From the IMG/VR virus record IMGVR_UViG_3300031999_000020, positions 1 to 60,654 of that record: a stretch of 60,654 bases of DNA; one strand, given 5' to 3'. A program made the translations under genes and the position numbers. Source of the DNA: a virus. Taxonomy: Duplodnaviria; Caudoviricetes. Under the pieces are notes generated by a model that worked only from the letters and a program-made list of their open reading frames with translations, was not told where the DNA came from and searched no databases. Shown here piece after piece: positions 36,519-46,129 of this stretch; the stretch's first letter is position 1; each line of letters opens with the position of its first letter.

Positions 36519-36773
36519 CTACCGCATCCAGTCATGACTGTTCGTAATATTACAATCGCAGCAAGCACCCTTGCAGAAATTATCCGGCATAGGTACGGGA
36601 CCAAAATGCGGATTAACATTCTGCGGAACTTGTGACCGCGGGAAGCTAAGTACCTTCCCACTCGGCGACCAGAACCCGTAGAACGGAAGCAACGTAAGCG
36701 CGTTGCCGCCTACATTACCCTCGCGCGTAGTAATGGGACCGACCCAGGACAGAGGTAGTAAAGAGATAGCCAT
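36519..36773 (-). CDS. Small Cys-tailed protein, tandem paralog copy 1
   Basis: SD aaggagg; near-identical to 36869-37135 up to FCKGACCDC. Confidence 0.85.
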   Translation of the reverse strand: MAISLLPLSWVGPITTREGNVGGNALTLLPFYGFWSPSGKVLSFPRSQVPQNVNPHFGPVPMPDNFCKGACCDCNITNSHDWMR

Positions 36774-36804
36774 ACGGCCTCCTTCTTAAAGTTCAAGTAA
36801 CAGG

Positions 36805-36862
<58 letters not shown>

Positions 36863-36868
36863 GTACAC

Positions 36869-37135
36869 CTAACTCGGAGGATGATCGGGACGCTGCGCCC
36901 AAAGAGAATCATGACAGTCGCAGCAAGCACCCTTGCAGAAATTATCCGGCATAGGTACGGGACCAAAATGCGGGTTAACATTCTGCGGAACCTGCGAGCG
37001 CGGAAAGGAATATACCTTACCGCTCGGTGACCAGAACCCGTAGAACGGAAGCAACATAAGCGCATTACCGCCTACATTACCTTCTCTGGTTGTAATTGGC
37101 CCCACCCACGACAGAGGTAGTAAAGAGATAGCCAT
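36869..37135 (-). CDS. Small Cys-tailed protein, tandem paralog copy 2
   Basis: Same leader and SD as copy 1; differences mostly synonymous; different C-terminal tail. Confidence 0.85.
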   Translation of the reverse strand: MAISLLPLSWVGPITTREGNVGGNALMLLPFYGFWSPSGKVYSFPRSQVPQNVNPHFGPVPMPDNFCKGACCDCHDSLWAQRPDHPPS

Positions 37136-37176
37136 ACGGCCTCCTTCTTAAAGTTCAAGTAACAGGACAAAAAAAC

Positions 37177-37392
37177 CTAATTACCGCGTCTGCTGTACCA
37201 AGGATCAGACGTGCTGATTACCGGTGCTTTAGGACCGGCAGTCTGCGCGGCCTTAACCTCGGGCTGAATACCGTCACCAAATGTCAACGGCGGCAGCATG
37301 ACGGGATTCTGGAACAAATTCCCGCCCTTGAGTCCGGCAAGTACACGCGATCTATTTGCTTCTTCGTTCAGGGGAGCGAATTCGTTAGCCAT
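37177..37392 (-). CDS. Hypothetical protein
   Basis: SD aaggaa; follows an AT-rich intergenic gap. Confidence 0.65.
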   Translation of the reverse strand: MANEFAPLNEEANRSRVLAGLKGGNLFQNPVMLPPLTFGDGIQPEVKAAQTAGPKAPVISTSDPWYSRRGN

Positions 37393-37475
37393 ATGATTCC
37401 TTACGTATATAATTAAACACTAAACCTAATATATCATTACATAAATCAATAAAACCTGAAAGACCTAAATCATGC

Positions 37476-37925
37476 TCACCACCCGGTAAACGTGGCGTGA
37501 TACACCGAATACCAAGTCGGCGTCGTTCCACCAATAGTCCAAATCTTCTGTAAATTTGCCAGCATCAACGCGGTTATCCGCGGATCATCCGAGGCTAACG
37601 TATAACCGTCCGGAACACTTCGAGAATCGCCTATAATCAAGAAAAGTTGGTCCGGCAGCGGATAAATCTGACGCCAGGCGCCGGTCACAAAAAGGAACAA
37701 GCCAACAAAATTTCCGGAACTATCGGTCTTGACCCACAGATGGTCTTGCTCAGAATCACTCGGATACGTATTTCCAACTGTAACATTGGTTACATCCGTC
37801 GGGATCTCAACCGACAGAAGATCTGGCAGCCGGCGTAAAAAGTCCTGCCAATTAGTAAAGCACTGTCTATCTGGAAGCTGCTGCAGCTTGATAGCACCTT
37901 GAATAACATCAACATCAGTTGTCAT
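37476..37925 (-). CDS. Putative tail component
   Basis: VTVGNTYPSDSEQDHLWVKTD motif; follows the tail tubular B candidate. Confidence 0.55.
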   Translation of the reverse strand: MTTDVDVIQGAIKLQQLPDRQCFTNWQDFLRRLPDLLSVEIPTDVTNVTVGNTYPSDSEQDHLWVKTDSSGNFVGLFLFVTGAWRQIYPLPDQLFLIIGDSRSVPDGYTLASDDPRITALMLANLQKIWTIGGTTPTWYSVYHATFTGW

Positions 37926-37933
37926 TTTGAATC

Positions 37934-39793
37934 CTACGTTTGCATCTCAGTACAGCCGCCAAAATCATCTACTGCCCAATCATCATCGCACGCGCAATTA
38001 CATATAGCCACCTTTGGGTACTCCTCACATTGAGTAAGCGTATCCGGCTCTACCTCCGGTGTGGCTTTAATTCTGAGTTCATGCAGTTCCCAATAAATAC
38101 CCCAGAGAGTAATCATCAGTTGAATTTTCTTAAACACTCTAAACAGATCATGAGTAATCGGACTTCCGGCCTGATCATTTTCCGGATCTCCAATTGAAAA
38201 ATCTCTAATATGCTGTGGCCCGAATCCATTAATGAAACAACCATCCGGCATATCACAAGTCCGCCAAGGCGCCAGATGTGTGCGCTCACCGAGCGGCAAA
38301 AAACATGCGCTATGCGACGGTTTGTAATCTACCTTTATCTTAAAGTCGCCCTTGAACGTATCAAAATTAAAATCAACAGAGTGAAGCCCCTTGTTAAGAA
38401 AAGGATCCTTCAAATCATATTCTCGCGTGTATACGCGACTGCGTACCGGACGAATCATATCATCCGCAGTATCATAATTGATATCAGGATTAATCTCATA
38501 AAGTTTATTTACTGCGCCATCTTTAGACATGATAAATGCGCGTTCATTAACAGTACACATATCCATTGGATTAACACCCGTCCAAAGCCCAGTCCAAACA
38601 GGCTTGCTCGGAACACCGAATGACGACAATGCATCAAGTTCTAATATGACCATACCTCCATGAGCGTAATCTTTAATTGGCTTAAACGTATCGAAGTCTA
38701 CTGCAGATACTCGATATGGATTTACACTGAAGAATATCTTGTTTCGAAAATATCCAACAAAGCCAAACTTTATTAAGTCTCTGTCCCAGTATTTGAACCA
38801 CTGCTCTGTTTCTCTGGAGATAGGAACCCTGGCCCAGCGTTTCTGCTCATCGCGGCTCATAGATAATGAACGCACGAAGCCATCGTCCGCCATAAAAAAT
38901 GCATCTGAATTGACATTCGCATATGCGCGCGGACCAACAACACCGGCGTTATAACAAACAACCGAACCGAAAGGCCCAGCCTGCCACGCAGACCGCGGAT
39001 TCTGCGTTCCAAAGGTATACACCGCATTTCTGGTAGCACAGATAAGCGGTCCTATTCCGGTAGAGGTGTCAGTAAGCTGCAGAAATCCCATAAACGTAAT
39101 AGGTTCATTGACAGCATTAACGGGAAGATTGAATATCTGACCATAATACGCGCTGCCAGGAGTGAGTACTTCCTTGAACGTCACCGGAGCGTCCGGCGCC
39201 GCAACGCTGCCAAGAGGATCACCGCCGGTAAAATCAGAACCAGCATTTACAACAAATAATCGACTTTGATTATATGTACCGTTAGTCGATACCGGAATTT
39301 CCATCTTAGCAGGATCTGCGCGGTATGCATGAAAACCGTCCAATATTACCGGAAAAGCTGGAAAATCATACAGCACTAAAAAGCGTCCGGCCAGTGTCCA
39401 GTTTACACGCGAACGACGTGTATTGAGTGTAGACCCGCCATCAATTAAAATAGGTGTCAATGTGAAATTATCAATATTAATAGAGAATATTCTGCCAGAC
39501 ACCACCACAATCAAATACTGCCGGCTCATCACAGTAAATGGAATAAGCGCTTGAAACTTACCGGCCTCAAACACATTCTGATAACTGCGCGGACGTTTAT
39601 AGGGATCACTCAAGTAATCAGTAGGAAACTTAATGGCTATTCGTTCAAACCCCCAACGCGGCTGAATCGACGCACGGCGCACCGATACATTTATGCCGGA
39701 CGCATAACAGTTCTGCGCAATTCTATCCGGAATGACAGAACCATCCTGCCCTCCGGAGAAATCATCAGAACCATCTGCTAAAAGTTGAACCAC
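37934..39793 (-). CDS. Putative tail tubular protein B / DNA stabilisation (nozzle) protein
   Basis: N-terminal DFSGGQD..IAQN..GINV..RRASIQPRWG; beta-propeller-like composition; 619 aa. Confidence 0.65.
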   Translation of the reverse strand: MVQLLADGSDDFSGGQDGSVIPDRIAQNCYASGINVSVRRASIQPRWGFERIAIKFPTDYLSDPYKRPRSYQNVFEAGKFQALIPFTVMSRQYLIVVVSGRIFSINIDNFTLTPILIDGGSTLNTRRSRVNWTLAGRFLVLYDFPAFPVILDGFHAYRADPAKMEIPVSTNGTYNQSRLFVVNAGSDFTGGDPLGSVAAPDAPVTFKEVLTPGSAYYGQIFNLPVNAVNEPITFMGFLQLTDTSTGIGPLICATRNAVYTFGTQNPRSAWQAGPFGSVVCYNAGVVGPRAYANVNSDAFFMADDGFVRSLSMSRDEQKRWARVPISRETEQWFKYWDRDLIKFGFVGYFRNKIFFSVNPYRVSAVDFDTFKPIKDYAHGGMVILELDALSSFGVPSKPVWTGLWTGVNPMDMCTVNERAFIMSKDGAVNKLYEINPDINYDTADDMIRPVRSRVYTREYDLKDPFLNKGLHSVDFNFDTFKGDFKIKVDYKPSHSACFLPLGERTHLAPWRTCDMPDGCFINGFGPQHIRDFSIGDPENDQAGSPITHDLFRVFKKIQLMITLWGIYWELHELRIKATPEVEPDTLTQCEEYPKVAICNCACDDDWAVDDFGGCTEMQT

Positions 39794-41577
39794 TATGCCT
39801 CTTTAATAGCAAGCGCCATAATGTGCATTAACGTATTTGCCGCAGTAATACTTAAAGCGCGTGTAGCAACACCCAGCGCACCAGGAGTACTGCAACTATG
39901 CGATCCAGGAGTATAATTTACATATGTAAACTCAAGATGCGCATCAAATCTAAAATTTGTATTAGGCGGGATAGCAACAACTTCACTGTGGTGCCATTGC
40001 TGGTAGAACCGATGATTATAAGGATCACACGGCGTGCCCGGCCCAACACCCATAGTATGATCTTGATGTAAAGTTCTCATTGATGCCTGCACGGGCGGTG
40101 CCGGTGCCGCAGGATGCGCAGCTGTCGATTGCCCAGTAAAAGGTTCAAGCAGTGTTCTTGCCCATGAGAACTCAGTAGTGTTTATCTGCCCTTCAACTAT
40201 ATAATCAACAGTTAAAAACATCCGCATGGTGTCGCAGGTATCATTTTCAATTTCAAGTGTTTTGGTTGCTGACGCCCACGCAGGATCTGCCGGAGCGAGT
40301 GTCGTCGTCTGATCCGCATCCCACGAAAAGTCTAACTGACCTTTCTGCGCAGCAGACCAGTCTTGCGCGCAGATATCTATACGATCCGCTATTTCTTGAT
40401 CTAAATCATATCTGAGTTGGTCACAGCATGGCGCATGACAAACAGCAATTCCAACGTCAATGCAGGTGATATTAAGCGTCTGTGCTTCAATAGAATGAAT
40501 TGTAATATGCGTTCCGTCTGCAATATGTGTGATTACCCACAAAACAGCATCTGTATATGGGTCTTCAATGACAATAACATCGCCTTCAGCAAAAATTGAA
40601 CTGTCATCAACAACCAGCGTATATGTGCGAGTACCCGCAATAAGCGTAAGGCAAGCAGTCAAAATTGTACAAGTAACCTGCGGAAGATCGTAAGTCTGCG
40701 GCTCAAATAAATTCTCAGCTACATCCACACAAGTAGGAATTTGTCCTAACGCTGACGCTTGCAGTGTAGTCACAGCGCCATTGGCGCATATAACTAATGC
40801 GCCCGGAGTGGTCGGTGTTTCCGCACAAGCATCTGTAGAATACGCCGCTATTGGAGTAATACAGCGGCCCTGAGCATCAAGAGCATGAATAATCTGAAAC
40901 GGTACAACACCCGCACCGCCGATATTTTTAATAGTAATCGAATTAGCAGTCACAATAGCGGTCAACAGATATACACCATGCCCGACCTGTACGTTCTGAT
41001 TGAGCAATAAGCCCGCAGTGCTGGAAACAGAAATTGTAATAGATCCATTCAGTGCCGGAGTAGCATAATCCGCAGTTAACCAGACACCTTCACCACAGTT
41101 ATCATAAGGATCGGCCGGCGGGTCTACTACATTAAATGGAGTGCATGCGGGAATCCTGGTTCCAGGCGCTGCATTGTCCGGTTGACAATCATTGTACAGT
41201 GTCGCTGTTTCATTTACACAATCAAACGCTGTGACTTGCAAGTATCCAAAAGTCGTGTTCCAAAGAAAACTTCCAACTTGCAGCTTCTGAAGTCCTGGAA
41301 ATGTGACGGTTATTGACTGTCCGCAGGCCGGCATGTTAAAAGCAGTTCCAGCCGTAACAACCGCAGTGTATGACAAATTGGAACATACTTTAATATGACT
41401 TTCTTGACAGCCAGGAACTTCATTATAATAAGGAGCCAAAGACAAACCACAGTTACAGGGATTACATCCGCAGGTGCAGCCGGACGCCGTGCAAGGAACC
41501 GGTGTGCAAGTATCCGAACCGCACGGAACCACTCCGCTTATTTCAGTATTTACATTGTCGTCATTGTTACAAACCAT
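39793..41577 (-). CDS. Cys-rich fibre/appendage protein
   Basis: Cys-dense N-terminus; beta-rich ITISVSSTAGL / LVVDDSSIF modules; N-terminal domain paralogous to 41587-42153. Confidence 0.6.
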   Translation of the reverse strand: MVCNNDDNVNTEISGVVPCGSDTCTPVPCTASGCTCGCNPCNCGLSLAPYYNEVPGCQESHIKVCSNLSYTAVVTAGTAFNMPACGQSITVTFPGLQKLQVGSFLWNTTFGYLQVTAFDCVNETATLYNDCQPDNAAPGTRIPACTPFNVVDPPADPYDNCGEGVWLTADYATPALNGSITISVSSTAGLLLNQNVQVGHGVYLLTAIVTANSITIKNIGGAGVVPFQIIHALDAQGRCITPIAAYSTDACAETPTTPGALVICANGAVTTLQASALGQIPTCVDVAENLFEPQTYDLPQVTCTILTACLTLIAGTRTYTLVVDDSSIFAEGDVIVIEDPYTDAVLWVITHIADGTHITIHSIEAQTLNITCIDVGIAVCHAPCCDQLRYDLDQEIADRIDICAQDWSAAQKGQLDFSWDADQTTTLAPADPAWASATKTLEIENDTCDTMRMFLTVDYIVEGQINTTEFSWARTLLEPFTGQSTAAHPAAPAPPVQASMRTLHQDHTMGVGPGTPCDPYNHRFYQQWHHSEVVAIPPNTNFRFDAHLEFTYVNYTPGSHSCSTPGALGVATRALSITAANTLMHIMALAIKEA

Positions 41578-41586
41578 ATCTTGCCT

Positions 41587-42153
41587 CTATGGTACAATGG
41601 CTACTGAATGCCATTTCAGCGTTATCACATTTCCAACTATCGTATCAATATCTAAAGAGAAAGGATCACCGGCCGGAATAGGGCACGGTCCAGCAGGGAA
41701 TACAAAAATATACCCGGTATCAGTACACTGAATACAAGCATTCCACGGCGGCGCTGTAGGCGTAAATAGTGTGCATCTTGGAATCAGAGTGCCCGGCGCT
41801 GCATTTGGAGCCAGACAATCATTTATAACTTTGGTTTCACCAGAAAGACTATTGAAAGCAGTCACACGAAGATATCCATAATCTTCGTTCCAAAGGTATG
41901 ACCCAATCTGCAAAACAGTTAATCCATAAAACGAAACAACCGTTTCGACACCACACGCCGGCATAATAAAATCAGTTCCAGATGATAACGCGGCCACCAG
42001 AATCTGCTGAACATAAGGCTGACTATGGCACTCCTGAACAGCGCCAGCTTGATTGTAATACGGCGTTGGCGTGTTAGGGCTACAGGTGTCCCCACAAACC
42101 GAACAAGCTTCACCGCAGGAAGCCGTACTGTTTCCAGAACAGGTACATGCCAT
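41587..42153 (-). CDS. Cys-rich virion protein (short paralog of the 39793-41577 N-terminus)
   Basis: 13 Cys in 188 aa; shared PYYN..MPACG..LQxGSxLWN..GYLxVTAF..NDC..NAAPGT. Confidence 0.65.
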   Translation of the reverse strand: MACTCSGNSTASCGEACSVCGDTCSPNTPTPYYNQAGAVQECHSQPYVQQILVAALSSGTDFIMPACGVETVVSFYGLTVLQIGSYLWNEDYGYLRVTAFNSLSGETKVINDCLAPNAAPGTLIPRCTLFTPTAPPWNACIQCTDTGYIFVFPAGPCPIPAGDPFSLDIDTIVGNVITLKWHSVAIVP

Positions 42154-42434
42154 TAGCGTATCCTCAGTAACTCGGGCAACAAATACCTGCCCACTAGGTC
42201 CAATACCATAATAATTCCACCAATTATCAGACCCACTTTCCAGGCAAGCGCATCAATCCTAAATCCAAGTTCTTGAATCTTCATTAGCAGCTCCGCCTTT
42301 TCCTTTCCGATAAGCATAAGTGCCGCAGCAGCCTGCTCCTGAAGGGACTGGATTCTAATCTCAACGATCTCCAGCCGCCGGTCATAAGCCGTATGCCTCC
42401 GGTTACACTCATCGGATAGTATCGGGTCATTCAT
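42153..42434 (-). CDS. Coiled-coil protein with C-terminal TM helix (holin/XhlA-like candidate)
   Basis: WKVGLIIGGIIMVLDLVG TM segment. Confidence 0.55.
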   Translation of the reverse strand: MNDPILSDECNRRHTAYDRRLEIVEIRIQSLQEQAAAALMLIGKEKAELLMKIQELGFRIDALAWKVGLIIGGIIMVLDLVGRYLLPELLRIR

Positions 42435-42703
42435 TTTACCTCTTCCGGGGCCTGAGTCGGAACAGGAGTGGCTTTCTCCACAGCAATCGCTCTCTTGCAG
42501 ATAACGACAATCCCCTTTTGCACCTGGGATACGAGGTCCGCCTGAGCAGCAGAGACGTTTATCGTGCCGAAGGCTTGCAGGATTTGCTCGCAGTCCTTAG
42601 CGGTGTCGGGCTTTTGCTGCTGTAGCGGCGCATAGTCAGGGCTAACCGGCTCAGCCAAAGCCAAGGTCGGGACAAGTAGGGTCAAGAGTATACATTTCTT
42701 CAT
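42431..42703 (-). CDS. Small exported protein (possible fibre chaperone)
   Basis: Signal peptide MKKCILLTLLVPTLALA; two Cys in the mature part. Confidence 0.65.
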   Translation of the reverse strand: MKKCILLTLLVPTLALAEPVSPDYAPLQQQKPDTAKDCEQILQAFGTINVSAAQADLVSQVQKGIVVICKRAIAVEKATPVPTQAPEEVK

Positions 42704-42715
42704 AGTGTGGTTCCT

Positions 42716-44008
42716 TTAGGTGGTTGTACAAACGCAAACATCAGCGGTGTTATCAGAGCAGGATACGATGTTGTATCCCAAAGCCGCAGTGTTCTGCCCA
42801 AAGACACATCCCTTGTTCGCCCCACAAGTTGTGGTGCAGGCAGTATCGGCTCCAGTAGCCACACGCCAACCAATGTCAGTGGCAGTGGTGCGGATGGTGC
42901 CCGCAGCAAGCACGGCTTTGTCGTTACTGATGCGAAGCGCCTCTGCCGGTGTTGCGGAACCGTCGGGAGAGACTTTAAATACAAAACGGCCAGGCATATC
43001 ACCAGCGCCAGGAACGCCGTCAACATTAACCTCCAATATCGCAGCATCTTTAAAATCTACCCCATCAGCACCCGTAAAATATATCTTACCTAGGGCGTCT
43101 GCATTAGCCACAATAGTGTCTGCGGTACCGTCCGATGCCCGAGATTTTAAAAAGGCAATCACAGGTGACGCTGCTGAATTGGCACCGCCAGCAAAGACGG
43201 TATTATAATGACTACCTGGACTTGTATGAAACGTGTAGTTTTCGGCGGTTCCTACACTAGTCGTAACATCAGCAGGCATGGCTGCCAGCCCGTGTATGAT
43301 GCTAGTAGTCGTTTTCGCCATCACGATATTCCCGCCGGTGGTGGCGTCTTGGGTGAGGTTGCCGGAGTTGTCGGATATCAGCCAGCGGGAAAGCCCCCTA
43401 TTCTGAAAGGTGATATTGCCATTGGCAGTTGTCTGTAAATAAATAGACCCTCTAGCAGTGGTTCCAGCGGTAATGTAAATTTGCCCCTCTGCGCTACCAA
43501 CCTCGTTACCCTTCATGGTAATGCAAGCGCCTTCTGTTGGGTCGCAAGACGATCCGGCTGTTAGCGCTAGCGTCCCATCATCCGCATCCACACCCCGCAC
43601 CCCGCGAATCGTGGCGACGGAGGAGGCGGTGGACGTATAACCAAAAACCAAATCGGAGGTCGTAGACGCCCCCATCCTGGGCATGTTCCAACCAATGTAG
43701 CCGCCAGGATTGAAAATGATACCACGAGACGATGCTACGTCCCCACTTTCAAGCGTTAACGTACCCGCGTACCCTCCAGCGTTTTCGTTGCCACCGCCAA
43801 GGATGGAAGCTCCGCGAGTGTTCGTCAAACATGCACCGCCACCACTAATGCAAAAAGCATTATTATCCGCCCCATCAATCGTATTGGCCGTAATCGAAAA
43901 CGGAGCGGGGGCGTCGAAGTACTGGTTGTAGTGGAAGTAGCGATGGGAGAAGTCCTGTGCACTAAGCAGCGTCGGGATGAGAAGCAAGATGAGAAATAGC
44001 TTTTTCAT
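42716..44008 (-). CDS. Fibre-like beta-repeat protein with signal peptide
   Basis: True start MKKLFLILLLIPTLLSA-QD (SD gaggat); KSR..GT..IVANADALGKIYFTG..DMPGRFVF..PAEALRI fibre module; Cys-rich C-terminal tip. Confidence 0.75.
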   Translation of the reverse strand: MKKLFLILLLIPTLLSAQDFSHRYFHYNQYFDAPAPFSITANTIDGADNNAFCISGGGACLTNTRGASILGGGNENAGGYAGTLTLESGDVASSRGIIFNPGGYIGWNMPRMGASTTSDLVFGYTSTASSVATIRGVRGVDADDGTLALTAGSSCDPTEGACITMKGNEVGSAEGQIYITAGTTARGSIYLQTTANGNITFQNRGLSRWLISDNSGNLTQDATTGGNIVMAKTTTSIIHGLAAMPADVTTSVGTAENYTFHTSPGSHYNTVFAGGANSAASPVIAFLKSRASDGTADTIVANADALGKIYFTGADGVDFKDAAILEVNVDGVPGAGDMPGRFVFKVSPDGSATPAEALRISNDKAVLAAGTIRTTATDIGWRVATGADTACTTTCGANKGCVFGQNTAALGYNIVSCSDNTADVCVCTTT

Positions 44009-44016
44009 AGTATCCT

Positions 44017-45216
44017 CTATGGTAAAACTGATACACGCTTCCACGGGTCGGCAGATGCGGACATTACGCTCGCGAGATACGCCTCCACTACCGCTTGATT
44101 GGCGGGGGAGAGGGCGGTATTGAAGGCGAGGAGTTCGAGAATGGAGCCGTTGAAATCGTTAGTCGCATAACCTAAAAATAACGTGCCACTCAGATCGCCA
44201 GTATTGCCAGAGGCCACGGAGGGAGCCGCAGCCACGCCATCTATGGAGAGGTCTATATTTCCGCCCGAATGAATCGCCTTTACTACCGAAAGCGTATTCA
44301 CAGTAAACGCTTTGACAATGGTATCCGCCCCGGTATCAAAGTTTTTATAAGTCAGATCGGCGGTACTACCATACAGTTGCATATACCCGCCAGTGTCCCT
44401 GAAGATGTTTTGAGTACCGGCGGCTGCGTTGGCTCTGAGAACTAGATATGTAGTTTTTGCATTGTTCGCATAAATATCTGCCAGGGTCGCCGTGGATGTC
44501 ATCGCAACATCCACCCCATCGAACCGCACCACCGGCAGGCAATGATTCCCCGCCGTGTTGCAAGACCCTCTGTACTCTGGATACGTGGTGGTCGCCTGAT
44601 AGGTGCTGTCGGCAAGGGAGGATGCAACGCTCCACTGCGTTACTTCCACCTGACCAAATCCCGCAGCGTTTGTATCCTGCAAACCAAAAGTAACATTCCC
44701 ACCAGCAGCCTTACCAAGTACCGTTACGGTATAGTCTGCTAGAGCAGCCGTTACTGTAATCGCTGTAGTGTTGCCGGTAGCAGAGCCCGTATGCATTAAA
44801 GTTAGCGCCGTGTTCCCCGTTACGGCTCTTGCCTTAATGGTAAATCGGTAGGATTGGCCTGCCAGGGTGGAGATTGCCCGAGCGATAGATCCATTCTGCG
44901 CTGTAAACGTACCCAGAAGGGCGCTGTTTGCCGTTACGTTTGTTTTCGTCCACGCTGCATTGGAAAGGTCGTCGCTATAGGTAAACCGATTCTCCCTATT
45001 ATCCCCCCTGCTGACCAACGGCTGATTGCCAGCAGTCGCCTGGGTAAACCCCGCAGCCACGCTGCCCTGATTCGCCCATGCGGATACGCCCTTTAGCGCT
45101 GTGACGGTAAGGCCCTTGTAGCTCTTTAGCCAAAGGGTAGGCGCTAACGCTTTTACGGCAGCTTCGTCAGCAAATGCCGTTGAGACAAGTAGGAGTAGGG
45201 ATAGTAAATATCTCAT
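44017..45216 (-). CDS. LamG/concanavalin-like lectin-fold protein with signal peptide
   Basis: MRYLLSLLLLVSTAFA-DE; LWL..VSAWANQG..TQATAGNQP..VVRFDGVD..FNGSILELLAFNTALS..VEAYLA. Confidence 0.75.
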   Translation of the reverse strand: MRYLLSLLLLVSTAFADEAAVKALAPTLWLKSYKGLTVTALKGVSAWANQGSVAAGFTQATAGNQPLVSRGDNRENRFTYSDDLSNAAWTKTNVTANSALLGTFTAQNGSIARAISTLAGQSYRFTIKARAVTGNTALTLMHTGSATGNTTAITVTAALADYTVTVLGKAAGGNVTFGLQDTNAAGFGQVEVTQWSVASSLADSTYQATTTYPEYRGSCNTAGNHCLPVVRFDGVDVAMTSTATLADIYANNAKTTYLVLRANAAAGTQNIFRDTGGYMQLYGSTADLTYKNFDTGADTIVKAFTVNTLSVVKAIHSGGNIDLSIDGVAAAPSVASGNTGDLSGTLFLGYATNDFNGSILELLAFNTALSPANQAVVEAYLASVMSASADPWKRVSVLP

Positions 45217-45217
45217 G

Positions 45218-45676
45218 TTACTTGAAGCTCGAAATGTTAAACGCTCCCGAAGCAGGGGCCGCCGTACCGTCTTTTACCCAGACATGCACGGTGGTAATCA
45301 GGCCAAACTGAGCCAAGTTTAGTGCCAGAGTATCCCCGCCCTTCATGGAGTAGTGGTCCGTCACCCCTCCGTCTAAACTAATCACCACATCGCCGTTTGT
45401 CTGGTTATCAAAGAGCACCATCTTGGTGCCATCCGGCAGGTCCAGCACATCAGCGTAGGCTGCTCCGATACCGGCAGGGAGTGTTACGTCCATAGTGGCA
45501 AAGGTGGCGGCGGTGGTGGGGACATTTGCTACGATATTAACCGTCGTGTTTCCACTCGCATCGCACAGAACAGGAATCTTAGTCCCAGTAGGCGTCTTAC
45601 ATTGTATATTTGACGCCGAGTTCTGCGCATATGCAGTGCTTGAGATAAGGAAAAGAATCAGTAATAGCTTTTTCAT
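45218..45676 (-). CDS. Exported beta-sandwich protein (paralog of 45682-46107)
   Basis: Signal MKKLLLILFLISSTAYA-QN; IGAAYA..DLPD.T..V.FDNQT. Confidence 0.75.
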   Translation of the reverse strand: MKKLLLILFLISSTAYAQNSASNIQCKTPTGTKIPVLCDASGNTTVNIVANVPTTAATFATMDVTLPAGIGAAYADVLDLPDGTKMVLFDNQTNGDVVISLDGGVTDHYSMKGGDTLALNLAQFGLITTVHVWVKDGTAAPASGAFNISSFK

Positions 45677-45681
45677 TGTTC

Positions 45682-46107
45682 TTACCCCATCGCATAAATT
45701 AAAAAGTTACCAGCCGTAGCTGCTACAGTCCCGCGTTTTATATGAATAATCGCAGTCGATACTCTACCAATAGCAAAGAAGTTTATCGCAAGCTGCTGCC
45801 CTGACTGAAGCCAATAAGTATCATGCACCCCCGCGTCCATACTGACTTTTATATCAGCGTCGGTTTGGTTATCAAACATGACCTCTCGGGTGTCATCTGG
45901 AAGATCAGTACCAAGAGCATAGGCTGCACCTATAGCCGCAAAGCCGGTGGCGCTCATTTCAGTAAATCCAGCATTTGTGTCCGGAGTAGGCGGATTTACT
46001 ATATAGTCGGTTATTCGACAGAGCAGATAAAGCATGGCTTTCCGCCATGACATTGAATCTCTATAATGCAGATCCGGACAGATACAAGGGTCGCACTTAT
46101 CGGGCAT
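45682..46107 (-). CDS. Beta-sandwich protein with Cys-rich N-terminus and no signal peptide
   Basis: MPDKCDPCICPD..; SD aggagaagg; C-domain paralogous to 45218-45676. Confidence 0.75.
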   Translation of the reverse strand: MPDKCDPCICPDLHYRDSMSWRKAMLYLLCRITDYIVNPPTPDTNAGFTEMSATGFAAIGAAYALGTDLPDDTREVMFDNQTDADIKVSMDAGVHDTYWLQSGQQLAINFFAIGRVSTAIIHIKRGTVAATAGNFLIYAMG

Positions 46108-46129
46108 GACCTTCTCCTTTAACTAAACA

